Assembly (NCBI GenBank): GCA_024679065.1
Contig: JAGIQG010000004.1
Location: 47,802,001-47,866,000, forward strand
DNA: 64,000 nt
Source of the DNA: Sphyrna mokarran
Taxonomy: Eukaryota
Direction of reading: 5' to 3'
In this document: one piece after another, positions 13,118 to 27,100 of the stretch
How positions within the stretch are numbered: position 1 is the first letter of the stretch
Layout: each line of letters begins with the position of its first letter
Notes under the pieces: generated by a model
The model's database searches: none
Seen by the model: the letters and a program-made list of their open reading frames with translations, nothing else
What the model was told of the DNA's origin: nothing
Translations under genes and position numbers: made by a program

Positions 13118-15430
13118 CTAGTTCTGCTATCTTTTCTGGGTTTTTGCAATTCATGCACAAGGACCCCGGGTCCCTCTGCACTGTAGCACGCTGCAGCTTT
13201 TCGCCCTTTAAATAATAATCCTTCCTACTATTATTTCTACCAAAGTATATAACCTCACATTTGCTAACATTATACTCCATCTGCCAGGTCCTTGCCCACT
13301 CATTCAGACTATCCAGATCTCTCTGCAGATTTTCTGCATCTTCCATGCAATTTGTTTTTCCACTCATCTTTGTGTCATCAGCAAATTTTGTTACCCTACA
13401 CTCAGCCCCTTCCTCCAGATCGTCTATGTAAATGGTAAACAGTTGAGGCCCCAGTACCGATCCCTGCGGCACTCTAATAGTCACCAACTGCCAACCAGAA
13501 ATAGCACCCATTGATTCCAACTCTCTGCTTCCTATTAGATAACCAATCCTCAATCCACGCTAACACCTTACCCACAACTCCGTGCACCCTAATCTTTTGC
13601 AGTAACCTTTTGTGAGGCACCTTATCAAACGCCTTCTGGAAATCTAAAAACACCACATCCGCCGGTTCCCCTCTGTCTACTGCACTAATCACATCTTGAT
13701 AGAAATCCAATAAATTTGTTAAACATGACTTCCCCTTCACGAATCTGTACTGCATCTGCTTGATCAAACCATTCTTTTCTAGACGCCTTGCTATTTCTTC
13801 TTTGATGATGGATTCTAGCATTTTTCCAACTATGGACGTTAAGCTAACTGGCCTATAATTCCCTGCCTTTTGTCTGCTATCTTTTTCAAATAGATAGCAT
13901 TTATTTGAAATAAATAAATGCTATTATTTATTTACTTATAATAAATAAATTATTGTTTATTATAGCTTAATGTTAGCTGTTTTCCAATGCTCTCGCACTT
14001 CCCCAGATTCCAGCAAATTTTGATAAATAATTACTAAGACATCTGCTATTACTTCTGCCATTTCTTTCAGAACCCTGGGATGCATTCCATCCGTCCCCCG
14101 GACTTGTCTACCTTCAGTCCCGTTAGTCTGTCAAGCACTACCTCTCTAGTGACAGTAATTGTATTAAGGACCTCATCTCCTACCATCCCTCTATCTTTAA
14201 TATTCGAAGGCTATCTGTGTCCTCCTCCGTGAAGACCGACACAAAATACTTATTTAAAGCCTCAGCCATTTCCTTGTCACCCACTGCTAAATCCCCCCTA
14301 TTGTCCTCCAAGGGTCCAACATTCACCCTAGCCAGTCTCCTCGTCTTTATATATTTGTAAAAACTTTCACTATCATTTTTTTATATTTAGAGCTTCATAC
14401 TCTATCTTTCCTTTCTTTATCGCTTTCTTAGTCATTCTTTGCTGTTTTTTAAATCTTTCCCAATCTTCTAATCACCCCACTATTTTTAGCCGCTCTGAAC
14501 GCTTTTAATTTAATACTCTCCGTTATTTCCTTCAATAACCACGGCTGATTCTTAATGGTAAAGAAGGACTGTAACTTACAGTCCTTCTTTACCATTAAGA
14601 ATATATTTCTGCTGAGTACTGAAAAAGATCTCCTTAAAAATCTTCCACTGTTCCTCAGCTGTCCTACCAATCAATCTGCGCCCCCAATCTACATTTGCCA
14701 ATTCCGCCCTCATCTTATCACACTCCCCTCTGTTCAAACAGAGGACACAGGTTCGGAACCCTACGGTCTCATCCTCTATCTGCATCAGAAATTCAACCAT
14801 ACTATGATCACTCGTCCCAAGAGGATCCCTCACAAGAAGATCCCTAATTCCACCTGCCTCGTTACATAGTACCAGATCTAAGATAGCTCGCTCCCTCGTA
14901 GGTTCCATTACATATTGTTCAAGGAAACTATCCTGACAGCATTCCAAGAACTCTTCCTCAAGCCTATCACGTCTGACTTGAGTCAACCAATCAATATGCA
15001 GGTTAAAATCCCCCATAATTATCGCCGTTCTGTTTCTGCACTCATCAATTATTTGTTTGTTTATAGCCTGTCCTACCTCAAAATTATTATTTGGGGGCCT
15101 ATGAACCACACCCACCAGTGACTTTCTCCCCTTACTATTCCTTATCTCCACCCACAACAACTCCACGTTTTGCTCCTCGGACCCTTTATCTTCTCTTACT
15201 ACCGCCCTGATATTATCTTTTATTAACAGAGCTACCCCACCTCCTTTTTCCTCCTGTCTATTCTTCATAAATGCCTGATATCCCTTGATATTCAGTTCCC
15301 AATCCTGGTCACCCTGCAACCATGTTTCCATAATGGCCACTAGATCATACCCATTTGTGCTGATTTGCGCCATCAGCTCATTCACTTTGTTCCAAATGCT
15401 TCATGCATTCAGGTAAAGTATCTTTATACC
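13118..15430 (-). mobile_element. CR1 LINE (copy A) ORF2: APE endonuclease and RT, frameshifted
   Basis: ORF 14576..15385 (ETWL, GGGVALL, IIMGDFN, SDH) plus RT ORFs 13474..13821 and 12999..13553. Confidence 0.95.
14548..14602. repeat. Perfect 27-bp-arm palindrome with 1-nt spacer inside CR1
   Basis: ATTCTTAATGGTAAAGAAGGACTGTAA-C-TTACAGTCCTTCTTTACCATTAAGAAT. Confidence 0.97.
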
Positions 15431-15659
15431 AGCCTTTACCTGGACCTTATTTGTAGAAATGCTACTAACTTTTCTTGTGCCCCCTACTCCTTTAATTAGT
15501 GGAATATCCTCAATATTAACCTGCACATGTACCCTCTCCTTTACTTTAGATTTTGTAATTTCCCCACCCCTGTACCCTCCCCTCCACTGTCCTTACAGGT
15601 TGAAACCATGATTGGCTAAAATTAAAACAAGCCTTGTAACTCATCTGTGGAAGAGAATT

Positions 15660-16215
15660 GTCGTTGGACTAATAAGCTGGAGATGCAGGGAATGCTCTGG
15701 GACCTGGATTCAAATCCCACCACTGCAGATGAGAAAATCTGAATTTAATAAACATCTGGAAGTAAGAATCTACTGATGACCATGAAACTATTATTAAAGA
15801 ACAAACAACAAAACAGCATGGGAAACAGGCCCTTCGACCCAACGAGCCTGTGCCACCACCCCGATGTTCTCACCTCTACCCGTGATCCCTGTTTATGTTT
15901 ACAGATCTATGGATTAAAAACTAAATTTGAGACAATTTAGGGAGCATTTGTTTTGCCAATTAGCCTAAGAGCACATCTTTGGGATGTGGGAGGAAACCAG
16001 AGCACCTGGAGAAAACCCATGCAAGCCTTGATTGTTGTAAAAACCCATTCAGTTCACAGATGTGCTTTAGGGAAAGAAATCTGCTGTCCTTACCTGGTCT
16101 ACATGTGACCCCAGACCCACAACAATGTGGTTGGCTCGTAAATGCCCTGAATGATGAGGCCCAAATGCTGGCCCAGCCAGCGATGCCAATATCCCACGAA
16201 TGAAATTAAAAAATG
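15660..16215 (+). mobile_element. tRNA-derived SINE with a nested minus-strand V-SINE fragment (about 15797-16027)
   Basis: B-box-like GGATTCAAATCCC; tail aaatgctggcccagccagcgatgcc...gaatgaaa; related pieces at about 21420-21560, 53640-53815 and 59220-59470. Confidence 0.65.
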
Positions 16216-17183
16216 CCAATTGCAGGTTAATGGTTTACATTACAAGGTTCAAAATAGACAGTGCTAGGGTTAGGGTTAGAGGAATAAATGGGTCTATGAA
16301 ACATTCTAAATTCTTAAGAATCAAATTGAAAGGTTAGAATATCAATGATCAAAAAACATTCAAGAAGAGTGAGAATGATATAGTGACCCAGAGGAGCGAA
16401 CAAAAAAAGTAGGGTGTGCAAAATATTTGTTCTAATATTTTATGTTCTTATTTTTAAAAGGTTTAATGTGCTTTGTTGAATAGAGTTAATATTATATTGA
16501 TAAAAATACTTCAGACACTTGAGCATCTTTATGAATGTGAATTGAATTATTGCAAGAAAGAACTCTTCTATTTGAGGGATAGTGAAGCAGCTATCGCTTG
16601 GAACCCGGAATTGCTGTATTACGACTAATTTATTTTTAGGAATGCAGTTTCATATTTACAGCAATGGGATTGTTCCATTAGCTCAATCTCCCGTCATTTT
16701 TACTGGCTGGGGTCCTAAACACATCCAACAATTAAACTGACATTTATAGTGCTCAGAATAAGGATTTGGATAACACAGCATCAGATATCACAGGAAATTA
16801 TCCTCCTCATTATTTTGGTCACAAATTATCCTGGCCAGTAACATTAATATAAACATTTAGCTTTTATTTAATATAGACCTATGCTAACACGAACGGGGTA
16901 TTTTGTAAAGAGTTTTGCATTCACACTTCTCTTTGGGTAATGTCACCAATGCTGGTTTGAGAGAAGGGCACCCCATTTAGAATGCTGCTATTTCAGTACA
17001 TGCTTATTGGTATGGTATGGTTCAATCACAGGGTGCAGCCAGTGTCTGATAGTTTGGCAGCTAAATACAAAATTCACAGATCTCAGCAACTTCATCCACC
17101 CAACCGTTCTAAAGTAACATTTGTTTCACCCATACCAGCTGTCAGTGCCAGTTACCACTTCCATGAAAAAGTAAGGAAAGGGT

Positions 17184-18153
17184 TGTTATGATGACCACTG
17201 AGGCCATGGGAGATTGTCAATAGATTTACCGTTGGGCTTTGTGGAGTATGAGTTTGGGAAGCAGCTAGTGGGGATTTTCAAACCTGTAACTTTACCCGGA
17301 CCAGAGTAATAGGTCCTGAGGTGAAGATTACCTGAATATAAGCTGTACGATCTGACTTTGCCTTTGATTCATAATAAAGGGTGTTGGTGATGGGAACTAG
17401 CGTTTGGCTGATTGGTGATGAGGATGGGACGATGGCTTGGTACAGCTTGAGACTATTATTCCCAAACTTGGCGGGGAAGGTGATGTCCAAATAGAAAAAC
17501 AAAAACAGAAACTATGGTTCTGCAAAGACAGAAAGAACTTTTATAATGGGTGGTCTGGACTTTGTGGAAGATCTCATTTGGTCCCTGGAATCATGGAGAA
17601 AGCAGGATCAGTATCTTACAAGGTCAAAGTTCAGGGTAAAACCCTAAAGACATAGTTAGACCATCTTAGGTCAAGGAGTCTTTACTTGAGCATTCCCCAT
17701 CACCAGCCACAGAGATAACCAAGACAAATGCCAATGGTCAGCTTGAAACTGATACTGCATTGGACCCTCCAGATAGCAAAAATATGATTTGGAGGTGAAG
17801 GCTGAACAAATAGGCCTCAGGGCTGAAGTGGAACGTGCTTCGGCAACTCTGTGATGCTCCTTCCCAAAAAGAAAGTCCCCTGTTCGGTTTACACCGAAGT
17901 ATCAAAAAGGATATCCTCACAGTGGAGGTGCTGGAAGAAACATGACCCTAAGTGTGGAAGGATTTATGACAACCACAAAAACCGGGGGAAATCGTCAATA
18001 GATCTCTTCGTGGGCATTATGAAGTATGAGCTGTCATGCTGAGTGAGCAGAGGCTTGCACAATAGGAACAGCTAGCGAGGGGTTTTAAGCCCATAACTTT
18101 ACTCAGTCCGGATTTGTAGGTCCCAAGGTGAAGATTGCCTGACTGTAAGCTGT
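17184..18153 (+). mobile_element. Heavily deleted Gypsy-type LTR retrotransposon (LTR, integrase tail, PPT, LTR)
   Basis: Diverged direct repeats from 17184 and about 17962; between them LVPGIMEKAGSVSYKVKVQGKTLKT*LDHLR resembles a Gypsy integrase C-terminus; purine-rich stretch before the second repeat. Confidence 0.65.
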
Positions 18154-19224
18154 GGGCAACAACATAACTAAAAGAAAATGCAAACAAAGATGCATAAGGT
18201 GCACAATTACTGGTGAATGGATAAGATGCAAAGAACAGCAAATGATGTATATAGAACTACAAAGAAGTATTGAAAGAAACTTGCAAGGGATGATACCTGT
18301 TGTAAGATATTGTTTGTCATTTGGTTGATCTCACAATGAGGTTGAGTCTTGTATAATTTAACAATAAATGTTTATTAACTACTCACAACCAAATACATCT
18401 CCAAAGTTTAGCCTTGCAGGTTACTGATTCCATGGCTTCTGTTAGACTACCAACACACACAGTCTACTATCATGTTACTCTCTATATTGCCCAGTCCCAT
18501 ATTAAGTCTTGCTCTGCCAAATATGCTTATTCTACAATATTAAATCCACAGAAAAAAGGTTTACAATTGCATTACGAAAAAAAAGTGTGGTCAGGAACAA
18601 TGTGGGCCTCTTAAAATTTAATTACGATGACTTTGTCAAATAAAAATAAGGAAATGAGGAACATGCTGATTCATACATTGCCAGTACTTATACTAGAAGA
18701 AGAGATCAGAAAGTGAGGTATCCAAAGAAACTCTATGCCAGATGAATTGATTGACTTTTCTGAAGAAGTGACTGAAATAGTGGACAGGGCAGTGTTGAGG
18801 GATGTTACTTATATGAACTTTTAGAAAGCATTTGACAAGAGACTGTTCACTAGAGTTGATGCTTATGAAATTGACAGAAAACGATTAATATGATTAGGAG
18901 GCTGAGTGGGAAGCTGAGCGACAGAAGACAGAGGATAGCTCAGCAGTAGAATGGGGAGGTACTCTATTTGATAGGATGTGACTAGTGTGTAACCCACATG
19001 GATTTGTTCTGGGTACTTTATTATCAACTTAGATGATAGGATAAAGCCACATATCCAAATTTTCTGTTGACACAATTGTAAGCAACATTGTAAGCAATGT
19101 AAATGAAGGCGCAATATTAGAAAAGATACTTATTTATTAAGTGAATGGACAAAACTGTGGCAAATAGACTAAATTTGGCAAATGAAGTCATCCATTTTGG
19201 ACCTAAATGGATGGTACCTTCCAA

Positions 19225-19495
19225 ATCATAGACTCGTAGAATCCCTACAGTGCAAAAAAAAAGCATATTTGGCCCATTGAGTCTGCACCAACTATAATCC
19301 CACCCCTGTCCTATCCTTGTAACCCCATGCATTTACCCTAGCTAGTCCCCCTGACACTAAGGGGCAATTTAGCATGGCCAATCCACCTAACCTGCACATC
19401 TTTGTGCTGTGGGAAGAAATTGGAGCACCCAGAGGAAACTCACGCAGACACAGAGAGAATGTACATTCAACAAACAGACAATGGCCCAAGCTGGT
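19225..19495 (-). mobile_element. HE1-like V-SINE (5'-truncated)
   Basis: V-core and tail ...GGTGCAGACTCAATGGGCCAAAT...CACTGTAGGGATTCT. Confidence 0.85.
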
Positions 19496-19933
19496 GAAAA
19501 GTTATAAATGGTGAAGATCCAAAGAGGCTTGGAAATCTAGGGAAACAGTTTATTAAAATGTCTTGGACTGAAACAGTTTATTAAAATGTCTTGGACTGAT
19601 ACAGAAAATAATTTAAAAGGCTAATGGAATCCTGACCTTTATATCTAGAGAATTAGGAGACAAAAGTATACAAGATAAAATTTCAGCCATACAAAGCCCT
19701 ACTAGGCATCACCTGGAGGCCAATGAGCAGTTGTAGGTCACCTCAACTGAGGAAGAGTATATTGATTTTGGAGGGCAGGGTAGATTTACCAGGATGATAC
19801 CTGATGACCAAGGGTTACATTTTGAGGAGCAATTACACAAACTAGGGACATTTCCTGGAATTTAGAAAGTTAAGGGGTGATTTAACTGAAGTTTGCAAAG
19901 TGTTAGGGTGAATGGACAGGTTAAACGAAGAAC

Positions 19934-20300
19934 GGTGCCATAGTGGTTAGTACCATGCTGTTGGACAGCACCAGGGATATGGGTTCAATTCCAGCCTTGG
20001 GTAACTGTCTGAGTAGAGTCTGCATATTTTCCCCACGTCTGCATGAATTTCTTCTGGGTGATCTGGTTTCTTCCCACAGTGAAGATATGTGCTGGTTAGA
20101 TGGATTAGCCATGGTGAATGCATGGAAATATGGTTTATCTTATTTATTATTGTCACAAGTAGGCTTACATTAACACTGCAATGAAGTTACTGTGAAAATC
20201 CCCTGCTTGCCACACTCCAGCATCTGTTTGGGTATAGAGGGAGAACTTAACATGGTCAGTGTACCTAACCAGCAGGTCTTTCAGACTGTAGGAGGAAACC
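19934..20300. mobile_element. HE1-like SINE (+, 19934-20130) abutting the 3' part of a Rex1-tailed SINE (-, 20133-20300)
   Basis: tRNA-like head GGTGCCATAGTGGTTAG...GGGTTCAATTCC; second piece is the reverse complement of the tail at 55290-55385. Confidence 0.75.
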
Positions 20301-21673
20301 GGAGGAGTGGAGGGGAGAGCCAGGGTGGGTTGTTCTTTTGGAGAGTCAGTGCAGACTCTCATGGCTGAATGGTCTGTTTCTGCAGTGTTAAGATTCTATG
20401 GTTTAAAATTATTACTGCTGGTAGGGAAGGCTAGGACCAGGGGATAGTCTAAAGGCTTGAGACAGATCTTTCAGGAGTGAAATTATGAAACATTTTTATT
20501 CACAATGGGTCCTGCTCACATCTCCTCTATCATGGGGGATATATTTCCGAGTTGCATGCACCAAGCATTACAATGTTCCAATGTGAGTAGCCTGCAGTTT
20601 GCCACCTTACACGTTTCATAAAGTATATTAAGTAAAGTGAATGTCAGGATAATGTGAATGAACATTTAACTAAGATTAGTTCTTGGATAGGCTGTGATCT
20701 AGCACATTGTCACATCCAAATGTTGTGACATGGAGTGGTGCGATGGCAGTTGGTGGATTTTCTACACAGGAAGGATAACACAAAAGATATGACTGTCGTA
20801 TCAATCCCTCCTGCCCCCAACCAACCCTGGTAAGAGGCAACTTTATTGCTGCCTTTTGGTCGTGGGCTTGTGTTGGCACATTGATGTGTCAATACCACTT
20901 TGCTCAGAGGGATGTATCATTCCTCAGCCAATCTAGTTTTCACTTGGCACCGCCATAGTACTGTTTACTTTAAATTGAAGTTGAGGTGTGTGTGAAATGA
21001 TATATTTCAGCCAAATCATAATGCAGCACAGATTGGTGTTCTAATGGCGGACACTATTTAAAACATTCTCTCCTCCTTGCTTCTGTATTTTCTTCCAAAA
21101 TTAGAACTTGCCATTTATGAGATCATTTGACCAAATTGGTGAAAAAAGCTCCCTTCAAAAGATAGTCACTGGGTCAATTGAAATGTTCGTGACATTTGAA
21201 CAAACTCCAAGCTATTGCATGTGGTTCTGTTTTTTAAGTGAAATTTAGAGACACTTCAGTTTTCTTTTTAATCGATGAATAACTTCTTTCAAATCTACTC
21301 ACCATTTTTCACATCCTCTCCCACCAATAGTTTGCACAAAAACCATCCTGTGTGAAAGGACACGGGGTGTCTTGTTTGTAGGTCACTGAGAACGCCATTG
21401 TGAGCAATGGCTGAAGGAAGATGTCCCACTTAACGTTTCCTTCTCTGATGAACCAGATCGACAAAGATTTCATGGTCATCATTAGACTTTTAATTCCAGA
21501 TTTTTACTGCATTCAAATTTCACCATCTTGCTCTGGGTCTCTGGATTACTAATCCAATGAAAATATCACTGCTTCCCTCCATGGGAAATGCCTGATCTCT
21601 GCTTGAAACCTCCCCATAGCACAGCTGAGGTGAAACTTCTCTCTCTAAAGGCAATAAGATACAGTTTCTCTCA

Positions 21674-22039
<366 letters not shown>

Positions 22040-22359
22040 TTAGATGCAGCCAAAGGGGTGGGCCTGATATTGGATGGTAATGGACCGTGCAACTTGGTAT
22101 TAACTAATTATTTAAATCAAACTTGCTTGGCATTTTGTATTGGCTCAAAATAAAAAAACTTTCTGGTGTGCCAAATATCAAAGTAGGATACTGGTGAAAA
22201 TATTGTGGCAGCAGTGCCTGATTTGAAAAACTATCGCAAAACCAGGGAAAACCATTCACTACTGTCTAATGAGTAGGGAAATGGTGTTTTCTAATACCCA
22301 CATTAACAATACTTCATTGTATCTATGAAAGAGAAAAATGTGATGATGTAATAGTGAGA

Positions 22360-23070
22360 AATATTGCTAAATGAGGATTAAGTATAATACCTACAGGTAC
22401 CGGCAGGAAGCAGGCAGTAAAGAAGACAAATTGAATGTTGGTCTTAGTGACAGGATTTGAACACAGTAGCAGAGATGTTTTGCTGTTTTGTATGGAGCAT
22501 TGGTGAAGCCACATCTGGAATATTGTGTGCAGTTTTTTGGTGTCCTTATCTGAGAAAGGGTGTCCTTGCTATAGAGGGAGTAGAACAAAGGTTTACCCAG
22601 CTGATTCTTGGCATAGCAGGTCTGTCATATGAGGAGAGACTAAGTCAGTTAAGATTACATTCAATGGAGTTTAAAAGAGTGAGAGGGGACCTCATAGAAA
22701 TTTATGAAATTCTAACAGGGTTAGACAGGTTAGATTCAGAAAGAATGTTCCCAATGGTGGGGGAGTCCAGAACTAGGGGTCATAGTTTGAGGATAAGGAG
22801 TATACCTTTTAGAATTGATGTAAGGAGAAATGTTTTCACCCAGAGAGTGGTGAATGTGTGGAATTCACTATATCACAAAAAAAAGCTGAGGCTAAAATGT
22901 TGTCTGATTTCAAGAAATTGGATATAGCTCTGAGGCCAAAGGGATCAAGGGAAATGGGAGGAAGGAAGGATGAAGATATTGAATTCAATGATCAGTCATG
23001 ATCAAAATGAATGGTACAGCAGAGCCGAAGGGCTGAATCGCCTACTTCTGCTTCTAGTTTCTATGATTCT
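22360..23070 (+). mobile_element. CR1 LINE 3' fragment
   Basis: ORF 22457..22927 GLSYEERLSQL...TRGHSLRI...FTQRVVNVWNSL; tail tttctatgattct. Confidence 0.9.
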
Positions 23071-23913
23071 AACAAATCAATCGCTTGACGTGTTTCCACA
23101 TAAATTGTACATTTGACAAAGTTAAAAATAACCTTTCAAAACAATGTCTGAACAGTGCTGATTCCTCATTCTTTTCAGTAGGGTAAGGATTATTACTGTA
23201 CCACATACCTGATAAATACTGATTTGTTCATCTCAGTGGTGAGGTACACTTATACCTTTTATTATGTGTGTGCAAGTACAGACAATTAATCCAGTTTTGT
23301 TTGTAAATGTCCTCTCATTTCAATGAATTATTTGAACTTGAGGACAGGCATTGGTTTACCTGCTGGCCCTTTTCAGCTGTGGGATGAGCAGGAGAATTAA
23401 GAATAAAATTGGAAATTCACCAACATTGTAAATCATTCAGATTTCTCTACAATGACCCACTGGGAAAGGAAGTAATAGTCATATAGATCAGAAAGTCCCA
23501 GGTTCAATTTCCAGCCTCCTGGTCTAGGGAGATGAGAAACAGAATTGTGGCCTTTGAACATTAGGATTGGTCATTCGATGGAATACTAGAGAGAGGTAAG
23601 CATCCATGGATCTGTACCCCAGAAGAGCCAATTAAATAAGATGCATAAAAAAGTGAAGGCAGCAATCTATGAAGAGAATCAACAACAACTAGCACTTTTT
23701 GGTTCTTTCCAAAAGCATACAATATCCCACAGCACTTCACAGTAAAATACTGATACCAAGCCACATAAAGGGATATTTGAATAAAAGCTGTTTCGAAGAA
23801 CTGGGGTTTGAGGAGTACTTTAAAGGTGGATTGGTAGAAAGAAAAAAAGGCTTGCATTCATGTCAATGCCTTTCAGTACCTCAGGGCATTCTAAATACTT
23901 TACATCTAATGAA

Positions 23914-24164
23914 CATTTGATCCACAAAGGATGTCAAGCTCACAATGCAAGTTGTATTGCTGAAGCACAACTTAAGCACGAGCAGCGCAAGTCCAGAGAC
24001 ACCAGCACAACAATAGTGTCTACACAAGTCTGTCCAATGTGTGTCAGGACATTCTGTGCCTGAATTGGCCTGATCAGTCATCTTCAGACACATCGCAATC
24101 AAACTTCAAAATGACTTCAAATGGTGTCGAGGTCCTCATCAATGACGATGGACGAACAACAACA
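23914..24164 (+). mobile_element. 5'-truncated RTE-clade LINE 3' end
   Basis: C2H2-like CPMCVRTFCA*IGLISHLQTH, (CAA)n tail, 12-bp TSD ACATCTAATGAA (23902-23913 / 24165-24176). Confidence 0.8.
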
Positions 24165-27100
24165 ACATCTAATGAAGTAGTTTAAAAACGTAGTTCTTCC
24201 TGCATTTCTGGCAAAGAAGTGGATGAATATAGGGAGAAAATTCCAAAACTTAGGGCTTACAGATTCAAAAGTACATTACCAATGATGGAGTGAAGAAAAT
24301 TGGAGATGCATAAGAATATCTCACAAATGCTTTACCGTTCTAATTAACATACAGCTGTTTTTTGGGACCTGACAACATGCATGGCATTTCCAGCTTAAGA
24401 TCAAAGCATTCATAATCCTTTACTGTTTGCAATATTTATTAGCAGAGGTAGAATTTAAGTAATGTTGAAAAACTCTGCTTTTTGGTACATTTTCACTGGC
24501 ATGTTTATTAATTATTATGCTTTGAAATTTACTGTTTTGACATCTATATTTTTAAAATTCATTTTTAACGTTGTTTGAGACCTTATCTTTCTGCAATTTA
24601 ATCATCTGCCCCAAGTGAGAAAAAAATTGAATTGTGCCTCACCACACCTCCCACCCCCATTGACATTCCCCCTGTAGTGATTGGACCATCCTGAATTAGA
24701 TGGTTTGGTGAAGAAACTATACGATGTTCTTGAATGGGCAATCCAACGGGCTGAATGAGTACTTCACATCGCTATCTACCTTGAGTTCATGTGGCACATT
24801 ACAAGCCCAAACTATCTACTGAGTAGATATTTTAAAGAAAAGTTTAAAAAACTCATAGATCATTCTATTTGTAGGAAAAGCTGAACCAGGCAGCTAGTGA
24901 TGCTGCTCTTAGACATAACTGTAGTTGATGACTGCGATGGCAAGGAGCCAAATTCAATTAACATTTGAATACAGTCCTGAGTCTTGCTGCTTTTTGTTTA
25001 CACAGAACTACCAAATGGAAAGTGCTGAGCCCCATAAGTGATTTTGTAGTCTAAGGGTGTTCTGCCCTTTCTGAAAATAATAGGTTTAGAAGTAAATGAC
25101 TAAGATGAGCCATCAAAGGCAGGAATATGTGAATATGGAAAATGTGCTTTATATAAAGAGCCTCAAAATAACACACCTAAACCCTTTTCATTTGTTTTTC
25201 CTCAGTGAATTTGATGATGTTGTATTTACTAAACCATATACCATAGAAGTTCACCAGCTAAGACTTAATGGCAGATAATGCAAGGACATGTGCCTAACCA
25301 TTTCCAATAATCTTGTTTCGGGCAAAAATATTCTGATATCTAATAAAACTAGAAAATTCTGAAAATACTCAGCAGGTCAGGCAATTTCTGTGGAGAGAAA
25401 GACAGATCCAGCAGTTCAGTCGACGAGCTTTCATTAGAACTTGTTGTGTCAAGTTCTAAGTTGGTTGCTTAAGTCACCTTGTTACTAGTGTTTGACAGGA
25501 ATCATCCATTCATCCATCTACCCTCAGTGGCAACCCAGAAACATTATTAAACATTTGAGATGTGATGAGGTGAACTTTTTAAAATTCATTTATAGGATGT
25601 TGGCATTGCAGACTAAGCCAGCATTTATTGCCCATCTCTAATAGCCCTTTGCAAGGTGGTGATAACCTGCCTTCTTAAAAGGAAAGCCATCCTTTTTAAT
25701 TTCTCCTAGAAGTATTTATATGGACTAGGTTGCATTCATCATCCAGATAGATATGCCCTGGGAAAGTGGTGGTGGATCTTCTCCTTAAACCATTTCTGTG
25801 ATGTTGCTTTTATAAGGGGTGATTTTGAGTTCACACTCTCTATCTGCGGGAGTGCCAGCACCCACCAAAATCCAGAAAGTGCAATTCGTGCTGGTGAGTT
25901 TCTGAGTTCAATCTTCATGGCCCCTCATCAGTGGAGTAGCATGAAACATGATGTGGGACTGTAGAAAGCTCATTTTAATATATTAGCATGTCATTAGCTA
26001 GCAGTCCTCTGGGACTTCCTCCATAGCGGATATTTGGTGTGCAGTCACGCCAATACCATTTACAAGAGCTCTACATAAGCTTGAATACGGCGCCTTCAAT
26101 TCGGAGGGGGAGTCCACAACTGAGCACTCAAGCAACCTGCACTCTGCTCAGGGGGTACAGGAGAGGACATGGGTGACACAGATAAGTGACATTCAGGGTA
26201 AGGGTCGGGGGGGGGTCCCACAATCGCCATATTGAGGGGAGGGTTTCACAGGGGTTACTTGCAGGCCTCGCCTTCCCTTCATTTCAAGGTACTTCTTGCT
26301 CTAAAGGAGCTGTGAGGCTGGCGTGCAGGCAGCACTTCCTATTTTCTACTTCCTGGGTTCCTGTTCATATTGCAGCTGGACAGCTGAGGGAGAGTCTTTC
26401 TCCAGTGGGAACTGGCCAGAGGATGGGAGGGTTTGAAAACAAGAGGCCACTTGTTTGAGCAGCCAGCCCAGCCTCCCTTTCCTTGTGGTTATGCCATTAA
26501 ATAGTGTGCAGCCAAAAAACATTGCCATTTGGTACAGGCCAACTGTTAACCCTTCACAAGCCAATGGACCAAACACTGAGCTGACATTTGCAGCAAGACT
26601 GCAACAACAACACAGATAACACTGATGTGCCCCCTTATGCAAAGCATGATGCTGATATCTGTTATTATGCAAGGTCATAAAAATGATTATTAATGAGACA
26701 TAAGAAACAGTTTGAAAACATGCTGACACTGTCAGGAAACACTCTATAAGATTTTGCCCAGAGGTAACATTCCGAGTCCAAAAGACTCTTCTACAGACAG
26801 TACGAATGTCTATAGTAGATGGGTCATGTGCACTTGAAGTGTTAACTATGTTCGAAATCTTCTGGCCATTCATGCTGGCGGGATTCTCCACTCCTGCTAG
26901 CAACTCACCCCCACCCATAGGTTCCATGCGGCATGGGGTGACATCAATGGACAATCCCATTGACAACGGTGGGACCAGAGAATCCCACCGCCAGCAAACA
27001 GCAGGCTGCCTTCCACCACTGAGAAGCAGGCAGCTGGGAGACTGGAGAATCTCACTCTGTTTTTCTCTCCAGTTTTTGCTAGATCTGCTGAGTTTATCCA

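Larger units (their letters stand above)
18600..20400 (+). mobile_element. Old CR1 RT fragments hosting several SINE insertions
   Basis: LIDFSEEVT, YMNF*KAFDK and FRKLRGDLTEV remnants; CR1-type 3' tail at about 20340-20400. Confidence 0.65.

Noticed and set aside
19542-19597. Perfect 28-bp tandem duplication (also a duplication of about 17 bp near 3337-3370)
   Set aside because: Two adjacent units with no spacers indicate ordinary slippage duplication, not a CRISPR-like array.
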